Part shown: one piece after another, positions 19,236-28,842 of the stretch
How the letters are laid out: every line of letters starts with the position of its first letter
How positions within the stretch are numbered: position 1 is the first letter of the stretch
Virus record (IMG/VR): IMGVR_UViG_3300049215_000771
Coordinates: 310,001 to 374,000 of that record
DNA length: 64,000 nucleotides
Strand: one strand, 5' to 3'
The notes under the pieces: generated by a model
Databases searched by the model: none
What the model was told of the DNA's origin: nothing
Seen by the model: the letters and a program-made list of their open reading frames with translations, nothing else
Program-made: the position numbers and the translations under genes

Positions 19236-20309
19236 ATGAACCAACGGACTGACCCAAGGGGATGGCTTATCGCTGGACTGGCAGCCATAATCCTCCTGGT
19301 CGGCGGCTACAAGCTGGAGAAGAAATATCACCCGGCTCGGCCCGAAATGCCGACTCCAAGGACGGAGATAATCCCTCCTCCCCCGCCTCAGCCGGAACCT
19401 CCAAAAACGCCGGCCACTCCCAACATTTCAACAGCGATCCCGGCGTTTGCCCAATACCCAGGCATCGTAACCCAGCTTCAGAAATGGAACCAGGAAGCGC
19501 CGGACCTGACCGAAGTAGGCACCTACGGCAAGTCCCGTCAGGGCAAAGACTTAACCTACATTCGTGTAACCAACAAATTCGACAGTAGCCCCAAACCTGT
19601 CGTGTTGATCCACGGCTGCATCCACGGCAATGAGCCGCACGCCACAACAACCGTCATGGCCCTCATCGGGACCATGCTGGCAAACTATGGCAAAGATCAG
19701 GAGGTCACGACCCTCATCAACACACGGGACATCTACTTCGTACCTGTCATGTGCGTTGATAGTTATCCAAACTCCCGACACATTGACGGCGTGGACCCGA
19801 ACCGTGATTACCCGTGTCCGAAATACCCGAACAAAACTTCAACACCATGCGTGAAGGCCATGCAGGACTTCTTCACGAAGATCAAACCCAAGGCGGTGAT
19901 GAGTTGCCATACGTTCGGACGAGTGTTCTTGTGCCCGTGGGGAGATCAGATGCAGACCTGTCCGAATTGGAGCGACTACCAGCGCATCATCGGCAAGATT
20001 TCTACAATGTGCCAGTACCGCATCGACCGGGCTTGCAATATGTACGGCCAGCCAATTCATGGCGGCGAACTTGACTGGTACTACCGTCGTGGAGCCTTCT
20101 CGGTCGTCATGGAAATCGGCACACACCAACACCCGCCGTCCATGCAAGAAATCCAGTCGGAGTTCCAAAGAACCTACAAGGGTTTGCTGTGCTTCATCCA
20201 GGAAGCCCCAACCGTCAACATCCAGCCCGTGTCATTTATAGAAGACCAATGGCTGCGAACGGAGAAAATGATAGTACCGATTAAATGCCACGTCAGCATG
20301 ACGAACTAA
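19236..20309 (+). CDS. M14 zinc carboxypeptidase, membrane anchor + Pro-rich linker
   Basis: IHGNE (HxxE), DPNRDY, SCHTFG, GGELDW, MEIG; GGAGG RBS; TATAAT at 19201. Confidence 0.9.
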   Translation: MNQRTDPRGWLIAGLAAIILLVGGYKLEKKYHPARPEMPTPRTEIIPPPPPQPEPPKTPATPNISTAIPAFAQYPGIVTQLQKWNQEAPDLTEVGTYGKSRQGKDLTYIRVTNKFDSSPKPVVLIHGCIHGNEPHATTTVMALIGTMLANYGKDQEVTTLINTRDIYFVPVMCVDSYPNSRHIDGVDPNRDYPCPKYPNKTSTPCVKAMQDFFTKIKPKAVMSCHTFGRVFLCPWGDQMQTCPNWSDYQRIIGKISTMCQYRIDRACNMYGQPIHGGELDWYYRRGAFSVVMEIGTHQHPPSMQEIQSEFQRTYKGLLCFIQEAPTVNIQPVSFIEDQWLRTEKMIVPIKCHVSMTN

Positions 20310-20861
20310 TTCGAGGGGGACCAGATTCGTGCTGGCCCCCTTCTTCATTGGCATCATTTCCAACGGCTGCTTCAAGCCCAAATACCTTTCCACCAGCGGC
20401 AGCCCTCGTCCTGTCTCAATGTCCTCCCACGTCAACAATACCGCCCCTGGAGTTCGCTTCGCCATTTCACACATCCGACGCAGCCTGTAGCAGTAGTAGT
20501 TACAAGCCGCCTGGGGCTTGTAGATGCGCACCAGTTCATTTAAGGTTTGCTCAGGCGGACGTATGACATAGATGAACTTGCAGTGCTTGTAGGCGTCCTT
20601 TGTCTGTAGCCAGAAATTGTACAACAACTCGTCCATGTAAATTGCCGCCTGGTTGTCCAGCTTGTGACGTTGCTGGGTCAAGGCCAAGATGGTGGGCATG
20701 TCGTAGTAGGGAAAACCCGACCGGAAACCCTGTACTCGTGGGTTCTGGTCCAGGATGTGATACAACACGTCCGAACCAGACTTCAAATGACTCGTAAGGA
20801 ATAGAACTTTTTTCATGTCGTCTGGAAGGAAAAAATCAACATCTCCCATATCTACCTGCAA
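20232..20861 (-). CDS. Sulfotransferase-family protein
   Basis: HLKSGSDVLYHILDQNP (5'-PSB-like loop) and YVIRPP; start could be ATG 20816. Confidence 0.6.
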   Translation of the reverse strand: MQVDMGDVDFFLPDDMKKVLFLTSHLKSGSDVLYHILDQNPRVQGFRSGFPYYDMPTILALTQQRHKLDNQAAIYMDELLYNFWLQTKDAYKHCKFIYVIRPPEQTLNELVRIYKPQAACNYYCYRLRRMCEMAKRTPGAVLLTWEDIETGRGLPLVERYLGLKQPLEMMPMKKGASTNLVPLELVRHADVAFNRYYHFLRSQPLVFYK

Positions 20862-20902
20862 GTGTCTTCGGACACCTGCTTAATTAGAAAGGGAGAATAA
20901 CA

Positions 20903-23470
20903 ATGCCTATTTGGAGTGACTTCTTCAAGTTGTTCACTTATGCCGGCGAGAAAGACCCGCTGGCTAAGAAGAAGGATACACGAAACCTACAAGGTGCCGG
21001 TATCGGTCAACCTGACGTGTATCCAACGCTTGGCGGTGAAGGCCAGGCGGGTGGTGCTGGTGGGGGCCAGGGTCAAGCCCAGCTTCGCCAGTCCTATGAC
21101 ATGATCGACACCACGACTTTGACAAACCGCTCCATGCGGTACAAAGAGTACGAGCGTCTTCGCAACGTCCCGGAAATCGAAATGACCATGACGGTACTGG
21201 CCGATGAAGCCTGTGTAGCAGGCAGTACCCCGATTGCCACACCATTCGGTTTCCAAACCATCGAATCATTGGCTGCCAAGTACAAACCGGAAGAACGCTT
21301 CCTTTGTTACTGCTGGGACAGCCACACTCAAGATTACACGTTAGGCTGGGCCTATCACCCACGCCTAGTCAAAAGAGCGCCAACCGTCACAGTTATACTG
21401 GACGACGGCCACACTTTCACTGTGACCCACGACCACCGCATCATGCGGAAGAATGGTGCCTGGGTTCAGGCTGGCGAGATAGTACGAGGCGATGAATTGA
21501 AGCCTTTCTACCGCCTGCCCGCCAGTTACCGACACACCAAGCAAAAAGCCAAACAATTCCCACGCATCTTCTCCACCAACAAAGGCTGGATCACTGAACG
21601 CCAGTTGTTGGAAGAATGGAAAACCGGCAAGGAAGACCCAAAGCTGGAGAAGGTCAATCGGGCGATGCGCATGATCTGCGGCGGCTTGAACGTCCGTCAG
21701 ATTGCCAGATTGATGGAATATGACTGGCAAACCATTGAGAATTGGCTTCGGGCCGAGGGCTTCTCCCATCGAGAAGTCAAGATTCTATCGAAGCATCGTG
21801 AGTCTCGCCGGGTAGTCGGCGTTCACGAAAGCCCTGAGATGGACGTTTACGATATGTCCGTCGAAGAACACAAGTGTTTTGCCACAGATTGTGTCATCAT
21901 GCACAACTGCCAGAAAGATGAAGAAGGCAACGTATTCAAGGTAATTTGCAGCAGTGCCGCCGCCAAGAAAGAAGTTGAGTTCCTGTTGCGTCATCGGAAC
22001 ATGCTCAACCTGAATCGTTTGTCATGGACCTGGTTCAAGAACTTGTGCATCATGGGCGATTTCTTTGTAGAAACCGTCATCAACCCGGACAGCCCCAAGG
22101 AAGGCATCTACAAGGCCGTGCCACTCCCACCGGAGAGCATGTACCGGATCGAAACAACCAAGGGCAAGCTGATTGAGTTCCAGCAGTCTAAGGAAGGCCC
22201 GGACTACCAGGCTATCGTGCGTGCGCCGATGGTTTCTCAGGCGGGCGAGGCCGAATTGAACCAAAGCATGGCAATTCGCTTTGCCAACAACCAGATCGTA
22301 CACTTCAGGATTGGTGACGACCGCAAAACTTTCTACCCATACGGACAATCCCTCATCGAGCCGGCTCGTAGCCCCGCCCATCAACTGAGGTTGATGGAAG
22401 ATGCTATGGTCGTGTATCGACTTACCCGTGCCCCTGAACGTAGGGTGTTCTATGTGGACGTTGGACAGTTACCTCCGTTCAAGGCTGAAGCCTTCATTGA
22501 AAGGTTGAAGGATCAGTTCAGGAAGCGTAAGATAGCACAGAATAGGGGAGTTCCTGGGGCCAACCAAGTTGAAGAAAGGTGGCAGCCACCCGCCCAGGAC
22601 GAAGATTACTGGTTGCCTATTAGACCGCAAAGCCAGACAAGGATTGAAACGCTTCCGGGTGCGCAGAACCTTGGAGAGATCGACGATGCGATTTACTTCA
22701 GGAACAAGTTGTTTACGGCATTGAACTTCCCAAAAAATTACTTCGCCAACGAAGACCCTGGTGCGACTAGAATTACATTGTCGGCTCAGGATGTGAAGTT
22801 TGCCCGTATGGTGGAGAGGCTTCAAAGCCACTTCGAGGACGGACTGTTGGAATTGGCCGAGAGGCATCTTCAGTTGCGTGGCTACCCGGAGGAAGCCTAC
22901 GAGGATTTGAAGATCAAGATGACCCCACCTTCCGACTGGAGGGAGTTGTCCAGGGCTGAAGTCGTCAACGGACGTTATGGCAATGCGACCACACTCAAGT
23001 CTGGTCAGTTGATGGCTGATTGGGACATCATGGTGAAGATTCTCAAGTTCACGGAAGACGAAGCTGAGGAGATGTTGAGCCGCTTGAAGATTCAGAAGTT
23101 GGAAGACCTGAAGCTACAGGTACTCGCTCAGAACCCACAGTTGTTGGGTATCGGTATTCCTGGACAAGACCCGCAACCCGGACAGGAACTTGGTTCCGAG
23201 CCGGGCGGTCCAAGTCCGAATCCGTCGCCCGATGGCGGCGGTCAGCAGCCGCCTCCCGATCAGGGGGCACCGCCTGCTGCTCCTGGCGGGGACCAACCGC
23301 CTCCAGGTGGCGATCAAGGACCGGCTCCCGCTGGCGCATCGCCTGCTGAGGGAAGTCCGCTACCGGAAGTCGAGCCTGAAGATGTCAAGAAGTTCGATCT
23401 TGAGATTCAGGACTACGAGACAGAGCAGGACGAGGAAGACATCGACCACAGCATAGGTGAAGACAAGTGA
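20903..23470 (+). CDS. gp20: Portal protein (T4 gp20-like), intein-containing, Pro/Gly-rich C-terminal extension
   Basis: RYKEYERL, YGQSLIEPAR, EDAMVVYRLTRAPERRVFYVDVG, EDYWLP, IETLPGAQNL. Confidence 0.93.
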   Translation: MPIWSDFFKLFTYAGEKDPLAKKKDTRNLQGAGIGQPDVYPTLGGEGQAGGAGGGQGQAQLRQSYDMIDTTTLTNRSMRYKEYERLRNVPEIEMTMTVLADEACVAGSTPIATPFGFQTIESLAAKYKPEERFLCYCWDSHTQDYTLGWAYHPRLVKRAPTVTVILDDGHTFTVTHDHRIMRKNGAWVQAGEIVRGDELKPFYRLPASYRHTKQKAKQFPRIFSTNKGWITERQLLEEWKTGKEDPKLEKVNRAMRMICGGLNVRQIARLMEYDWQTIENWLRAEGFSHREVKILSKHRESRRVVGVHESPEMDVYDMSVEEHKCFATDCVIMHNCQKDEEGNVFKVICSSAAAKKEVEFLLRHRNMLNLNRLSWTWFKNLCIMGDFFVETVINPDSPKEGIYKAVPLPPESMYRIETTKGKLIEFQQSKEGPDYQAIVRAPMVSQAGEAELNQSMAIRFANNQIVHFRIGDDRKTFYPYGQSLIEPARSPAHQLRLMEDAMVVYRLTRAPERRVFYVDVGQLPPFKAEAFIERLKDQFRKRKIAQNRGVPGANQVEERWQPPAQDEDYWLPIRPQSQTRIETLPGAQNLGEIDDAIYFRNKLFTALNFPKNYFANEDPGATRITLSAQDVKFARMVERLQSHFEDGLLELAERHLQLRGYPEEAYEDLKIKMTPPSDWRELSRAEVVNGRYGNATTLKSGQLMADWDIMVKILKFTEDEAEEMLSRLKIQKLEDLKLQVLAQNPQLLGIGIPGQDPQPGQELGSEPGGPSPNPSPDGGGQQPPPDQGAPPAAPGGDQPPPGGDQGPAPAGASPAEGSPLPEVEPEDVKKFDLEIQDYETEQDEEDIDHSIGEDK
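21212..21907 (+). mobile_element. Intein (232 aa) in portal, with internal HTH and no recognisable endonuclease
   Basis: A|CVAGST block A; VTHDHRIM block B; VYDMSV block F; IMHN|C terminus. Confidence 0.88.
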
Positions 23471-23487
23471 TTCTAGGCACTTACAAC

Positions 23488-23727
23488 ATGCCGAAATTTG
23501 CAATCAACAACCGGCGAGAAATTGAGAGTTCAACTCTCGCCGGTTGTTTCTACTGTTTGGCTACTTTCAAACCTGAAGAAGTCAAGGATTACACAGATGG
23601 GGACAAGACTTGTATTTGTCCCCGCTGTGGTATTGATGCCGTTGTTGGCAATCTTGGCCTTGAGGAAGAAGTAACCGAGGAGAAATTGCGCAAAGCGCAA
23701 TTCTACTGGTTCAAGAAGAAAGATTAA
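23488..23727 (+). CDS. Small zinc-binding protein
   Basis: GCFYC...CPRCGIDAV. Confidence 0.7.
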   Translation: MPKFAINNRREIESSTLAGCFYCLATFKPEEVKDYTDGDKTCICPRCGIDAVVGNLGLEEEVTEEKLRKAQFYWFKKKD

Positions 23728-24653
23728 ACATCATCTTCTTTCCGGCTGTGGAAGTAGCCTTTGATGGCATCGTGCATTCCTTTCTTGCGACTGGCCCATT
23801 CGTACACGTTGCCATACAAAACAATGTCGTTCATGGGGTCATAATCGTACTCCAGAACGATGTCATGTCGATCCATGTACGCCCGGTTCTTGAGGCTGCC
23901 GTGCCACAAATGCCAGATGTCAATGGGCAGGTAGTCCAATCGAGGCTCCAACTCCTTCAACTTTCTGGCGTAAGCCATCATGTGATCTTTCATAGCGGGC
24001 GTGAACTTCTTCGCAAATCCATGAATGTCCCAGGAGTTGAAGTAGCAGTCCACCAGGAAGGTGTCGCCGCTACCAATGATGTTTTTATCATAGATGCCGT
24101 TAAGGGGCGTGTCGAAGAAGAAGTCCCTACGGGCTGCCCAGGCAAAACCTGGGGCCGAGAAGGGTAGCTGATGAGCCATCCTCCTTTGTAGCCAATTGCG
24201 GTGAATCATCTTTTGCCAGACGACTCCCTGAATCATCATCAGCTTGTCTTTACCGTTGAAATGGGTATGCCCTTTCGGAAGGTAAATCACTTTCTTGAAA
24301 AGCTGGATGATGTCGTTTTTCTTTAGTTTTTCAACAGCTATTTTCGCCCAATCTTTGTTGGTGAAAATGATGTCGCAGTCAAGCCAGGCAAAGTATTTGC
24401 ATTCTGGCGGTAGTTTGGAAACAGCGTAATTGATGAGCCGTTCTTTTTGCCACATGATGCTGTTCGATCTCAAGTGGAAAACGGTCTTACTTTCTGGAAT
24501 TTGGAACTTGTCATTATTGAACGCACATTCAACAGTGATAAGTTTTACGCCTTGAAGACGTAGATTTTCAGCGAAAACGTGGTAGTTGTTCAGCAAAGAA
24601 TCAAACTTCGCCGGATTGAAGAACGTAGTGACGGCACAAAACTCATTAGTCAT
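23724..24653 (-). CDS. GT-A-fold glycosyltransferase-like protein
   Basis: WQKERLIN, AWLDCD (DxD), PGFAWAARR, HLWHG; paralog of 38252-39232. Confidence 0.6.
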   Translation of the reverse strand: MTNEFCAVTTFFNPAKFDSLLNNYHVFAENLRLQGVKLITVECAFNNDKFQIPESKTVFHLRSNSIMWQKERLINYAVSKLPPECKYFAWLDCDIIFTNKDWAKIAVEKLKKNDIIQLFKKVIYLPKGHTHFNGKDKLMMIQGVVWQKMIHRNWLQRRMAHQLPFSAPGFAWAARRDFFFDTPLNGIYDKNIIGSGDTFLVDCYFNSWDIHGFAKKFTPAMKDHMMAYARKLKELEPRLDYLPIDIWHLWHGSLKNRAYMDRHDIVLEYDYDPMNDIVLYGNVYEWASRKKGMHDAIKGYFHSRKEDDV

Positions 24654-24738
24654 AGCTCCCTCTCTGTGACAAAGCTGGTAGGCTTCGATATATAGCCACA
24701 GAGTCAAGCCATTTCAATTTAGAACTTCACCGGATTCA

Positions 24739-25083
24739 TCAAGTGTTAGGCATTTCTCCGTGCGCCGAGTCCGCACTGTTCGGAACTACCACGTCACCAT
24801 CACCATGATCGAACCCATGACCGAAGGACGCTCCCATGCGTGGCTTCTTCTTGCTGGGCTTCGGGTGGGCGTTCTTGTGATTCATCTTGTCCAGTTCGAT
24901 CTGAATGTCCGGGTCTTGTTTGGCAAGACGTTGTAGAAACGAGACTACTTCGGAGTGATATTTCTCGGCGGCGTGCTGAAGCGCCTTCATGATACCACTT
25001 TCTTCCCCATCCTTGTCGTCGGCCTGATCGACATCCAGAAAGCTATTTTCCTTCAAACCTACGAACTGACTGAATGTTTTCAT
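24739..25083 (-). CDS. Small protein with MKTFSQF leader
   Basis: GAGGG RBS, TACATAG upstream. Confidence 0.65.
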   Translation of the reverse strand: MKTFSQFVGLKENSFLDVDQADDKDGEESGIMKALQHAAEKYHSEVVSFLQRLAKQDPDIQIELDKMNHKNAHPKPSKKKPRMGASFGHGFDHGDGDVVVPNSADSAHGEMPNT

Positions 25084-25257
25084 AATCCCTCGCTGTTTTT
25101 GCATCTCACTGCATACCTATGTAGTGAGGGACACTGAATTTGAAGGCCCAACCCCGAAGAATTAAAGGGGTCGTTAATATATACCTCTATATGCGGGGGC
25201 ATCCGAGTTGTTGGAATGATTCGGAGAACAACACACAGCACTAGGGAGTCGCAAACT

Positions 25258-27207
25258 ATGAAAAGAAAACTCATCAGCTTCGATGTCTTCAAGAAGATCG
25301 AGGAAGGCTCAATTTCCACCGCCCAGCACGAGTTGGCCGGTGCGGAAGAAGTGTTGTCCAAGACCTTGGGCGTCGATGAACTGAGGCTGCACTGCTTTGG
25401 AGAATCGGATGTAACTTACCAGAGCTTGGACGGCAGCTTCGTTCATGCAAATTACAAGATCAACAAGAACCAGCTTGTACTTGAGAACATCGAGTCGTTG
25501 GTCATTGAGGAAGAAACCGAGAAGAAGAAAGCTCGTGACGTACTCACCAGCATGGTGGAATCCCTGCTGGACAACAACGAAGCTAAGGCATCCGAACAAT
25601 TCGAGAATTACCTTTCTTTGCCCGTCGTTCGCCGGGATTTGATCGTTTCTGAAGCCTTTGATGTTTCAGTATCCAAACCATCTGGCAAACATTCTTCCCT
25701 GTACGGCAAGAAACAAGATCGTGGCCTAGTTGCCAAGCGTATCCGTGAGATGAAGAAGACCAAGAAGAAGCTAACTGCTGCTCCAAGTCTTCGTGCATCC
25801 GTCGCCAAGAAACGTGCCAACGCCGCCAAGAAGCTCGGCGGGGCCAACAATCCACGGTGGCGCACTTACGCCCGCAAGGTGAAGCCGACAACCATGAAGG
25901 AATGGTCGGTGATGTGCGAACACATCATGGACTACCTGGATTACAAAGAATTCGGCCCAACCATCAAGGAATCCCTCGTTCAGAACGATGAGAAGGGTAA
26001 TGTCGTAGCGGTCGCCATGCCGACTATCCAGAAGCGTAACGAAGGCAAGATTTTGTCCTTCAACTGGAAGACTTTGGATCACGAAGTAAAAACCCAGCGA
26101 GCCAAGATCAAGCGGCTTGCCGAGGACACGAACTTCTGCAAGGCGATGGCCGATCTGAAGCGTTACAACAACATTTCCGACAATACAGCACTTGAAGAAA
26201 CGCTGGAGAAGATTGTCTCCATGTGGCCTGATGTTTTGTATCTGACTCAGACCGAGTTGGCAGAACAGATCGGCGCTGCTTTGGAAACTGCGGCTGTCAA
26301 GAATTACGACGACCAGACCTGTGAGTTCATGGCGGAAGGCATCTTGAGGATGGCTCACCACGCCTACACGGATCGGGTTCGCAAGATTTCCAGCATGGCT
26401 GGCGTTTCCCCGGAAGCAACTACCGAAAGCACTGAGGAGAAGGACGCTTACGCCAACTTCGCCAAGGTGTGTGCCGACTTCTACCCACAGTTGGACGAGT
26501 CGGATCAGGCCGAGTTGAGGGTTTTTGCTGATCTCTACAAGGCTTTGCACGAAGTCTTCCGCATTGCATCTGAAACTGGCGATGAAGCTACTCGTAGTGA
26601 GGTTGCCAGCTACTTGAACAATTGCGAAGCGATCTTGAACCGTGAAAGCCAGCCAGATTTGAGTCTGGCCGAAACAATTGCCAATTATTTGTACGACCTG
26701 GCGGAAGCCAATGTGGAAGGGGCCAAGGACACTTGGGACGTTTCCAACAGTGACGTTCACACCACGGTCAGCGGCGATCACCCACGCATGTCTTGGGCTG
26801 CGAAGGTAACAAATGCTGTTCCTTCCAACTTCCCAGGCGATTGGGGCGGCAAGGCTCCAGTTTCGGACGGCAAGAGCTACCGCAATGGCCTCGAAGACGA
26901 AATGAGGAGCCGTTCGTGGAGCCAGTACGCCAGCGGTGAAACTTACCCGGATTTGAAGAACCCATATGTTCCGAAGTCTCCGTGGGATGTTGGCAATTAC
27001 AAGATGAAGGGTGAGGAAAGCGCTGCAACCGCTGGAACAAGCGATTGGAGCCGTTGGCAGTCGAAAGATACCTGGCCAAACCTCCAGAATCCATACGTTC
27101 CTGACTCGCCTTGGGATAAGAGCAAGTACAAGGCCACCATCGACAAGGGCAACCTGGTTGTGGACAAGGGCGAGACGAAGCAGGGCAGCGTAAAAAACCA
27201 CTTCTAA
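25258..27207 (+). CDS. Putative prohead core/internal head protein with C-terminal PxLxNPYVP repeats
   Basis: Position between portal and protease (T4 gp67/68 locus); helical and charged; GGGAG RBS. Confidence 0.6.
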   Translation: MKRKLISFDVFKKIEEGSISTAQHELAGAEEVLSKTLGVDELRLHCFGESDVTYQSLDGSFVHANYKINKNQLVLENIESLVIEEETEKKKARDVLTSMVESLLDNNEAKASEQFENYLSLPVVRRDLIVSEAFDVSVSKPSGKHSSLYGKKQDRGLVAKRIREMKKTKKKLTAAPSLRASVAKKRANAAKKLGGANNPRWRTYARKVKPTTMKEWSVMCEHIMDYLDYKEFGPTIKESLVQNDEKGNVVAVAMPTIQKRNEGKILSFNWKTLDHEVKTQRAKIKRLAEDTNFCKAMADLKRYNNISDNTALEETLEKIVSMWPDVLYLTQTELAEQIGAALETAAVKNYDDQTCEFMAEGILRMAHHAYTDRVRKISSMAGVSPEATTESTEEKDAYANFAKVCADFYPQLDESDQAELRVFADLYKALHEVFRIASETGDEATRSEVASYLNNCEAILNRESQPDLSLAETIANYLYDLAEANVEGAKDTWDVSNSDVHTTVSGDHPRMSWAAKVTNAVPSNFPGDWGGKAPVSDGKSYRNGLEDEMRSRSWSQYASGETYPDLKNPYVPKSPWDVGNYKMKGEESAATAGTSDWSRWQSKDTWPNLQNPYVPDSPWDKSKYKATIDKGNLVVDKGETKQGSVKNHF

Positions 27208-27219
27208 TTAGGAGCCGAG

Positions 27220-27906
27220 ATGAACAAAGAAGAGTTGCAACTACTCATTGAATGTTGCTCAGTTCCCGGCTGCTACATGGAAATGAATCTGCACGAGTCA
27301 TCTGACAGGAAGTCGGGATTGACTAGGTTCAGGGGAAAATTTCAGGAAGCCGAGGCTGTCAACAAAAACAAACGGATGTACCCACACGCCGTCCTTGACG
27401 AAAACGTGAAGAAATTACAAGAAGTGGTTTCTGCGAAAGGTCTGGTAGGCGAGTTGGACCACCCAACGGACAGCATCATCCATTTTGAGAAGGCGTCCCA
27501 CGTCGTCACTAGATTGTGGTGGGAAGGCAACAACTTGATGGGTGAAGGCGAGATACTACCTACGCCATGTGGTGAGATTCTAAACGCTCTCATTAAAAGC
27601 GGCGTGCGAGTCGGTATCAGCAGTAGGGGAGTCGGCAGTGGAAAAGTTGATGAGAATGGAATTCTCGTCATCAGTGATAGCTACAAGCTAATCACTTTCG
27701 ACGCCGTGGCCGATCCTAGCACCTTCAACGCTTTTCAGGCGAAGATAGGTGGAAAGAGCGAAACTTACATTCCCACTCAAAATACCAGAAGTGCTGCGAA
27801 AAACGAAAGTAGCAGCATACATAAGGTAAATAAGGACGCACTAATTGCTTGTTTGGGTGGGATCATCACTAAGGAAACTAGCACAATCAAAGCGAGGTTA
27901 GGCTAA
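27220..27906 (+). CDS. gp21: Prohead protease (T4 gp21-like)
   Basis: NKNKRMYP, GELDHP, SHVV, TPCG, GISSRGVGS, FDAVADPS. Confidence 0.95.
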   Translation: MNKEELQLLIECCSVPGCYMEMNLHESSDRKSGLTRFRGKFQEAEAVNKNKRMYPHAVLDENVKKLQEVVSAKGLVGELDHPTDSIIHFEKASHVVTRLWWEGNNLMGEGEILPTPCGEILNALIKSGVRVGISSRGVGSGKVDENGILVISDSYKLITFDAVADPSTFNAFQAKIGGKSETYIPTQNTRSAAKNESSSIHKVNKDALIACLGGIITKETSTIKARLG

Positions 27907-28805
27907 TGGACAAGATTGTAGAAGCACTGAAGAAGCTACTGCCTGATTCCGAGGTTAGCGAAGTTGCCGGTGCGGTGAAGGATATGTTGGAGGCAGCGAA
28001 GGCTGAACTCGAAGCTGAGTACAACGCAAAGTTGGAAGAAGCCTACACCGAGCTATCCACCGAACTTGCAACAGCCGAGAAGACCGCCGAAGCAGGCTAT
28101 CAGGAAGCGTACTCCATTATTGGAGAGTTGCGCAATCGCCTGGAGCTTCAGGGTGAGGAATACAAGCACGCACTGGAAGAAGGCTACGAAGAAGCCTACC
28201 AGATGCTCAAGGGTGAACGTGACAAGAACAACACCCTCGAAGTCGAAATGTACGAGGAGTACGACCGCAAGCTGGCCGAGATGAAGGAATACATTGTCGA
28301 TAAGGTCGATCAGTTCCTTCGGTTCAAGGGCGGCGAGATTTATGAGCAGGCCAAGCGAGACATTTTGAATGACCCACGCATGGCTGAACACAAGGTCGCA
28401 CTCGACAGAATTGTGGACATCACTTCTCAGTATCTTTCTGATGAAGATTTCAACGGCGCTACTTCTTCTAAGCTAGACGAAGCAATGAAGGCTGTTGAAG
28501 AAATGAAGGGACAACTCCGAATTATGGAGGCCCGGAACATCAGACTTTCAACAGAGAATACTAAGTTGAATGAGACTGTCCGCCAGGCTCAGGAATTGAT
28601 TACTGAGTCCCGTAGGACTGCTTCTTCCGAGAAGAAGGAAGCCGTCATTACAGAACAGAAAGAAAGAGCGCAGAAAGCAAAGAACGTAACGGGGAGCGGA
28701 CATACCGTCGATAAGACGGATGGGGTGGTTATTGCGGAATATGCCAACCCCGATCACGAGATGAACGATTTGCTCGTTCTCTCTGGAGTTAAGAAGACCC
28801 AATAA
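27906..28805 (+). CDS. gp22: Prohead scaffold protein (T4 gp22-like)
   Basis: Acidic coiled coil between protease and capsid genes. Confidence 0.85.
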   Translation: MDKIVEALKKLLPDSEVSEVAGAVKDMLEAAKAELEAEYNAKLEEAYTELSTELATAEKTAEAGYQEAYSIIGELRNRLELQGEEYKHALEEGYEEAYQMLKGERDKNNTLEVEMYEEYDRKLAEMKEYIVDKVDQFLRFKGGEIYEQAKRDILNDPRMAEHKVALDRIVDITSQYLSDEDFNGATSSKLDEAMKAVEEMKGQLRIMEARNIRLSTENTKLNETVRQAQELITESRRTASSEKKEAVITEQKERAQKAKNVTGSGHTVDKTDGVVIAEYANPDHEMNDLLVLSGVKKTQ

Positions 28806-28842
28806 CGGGCCAACCTACAGATAGGAAACAAAAAGGAAATAG

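Noticed and set aside
25771-27201. 476-aa minus-strand ORF
   Set aside because: Shadow of the core-protein gene caused by codon bias.
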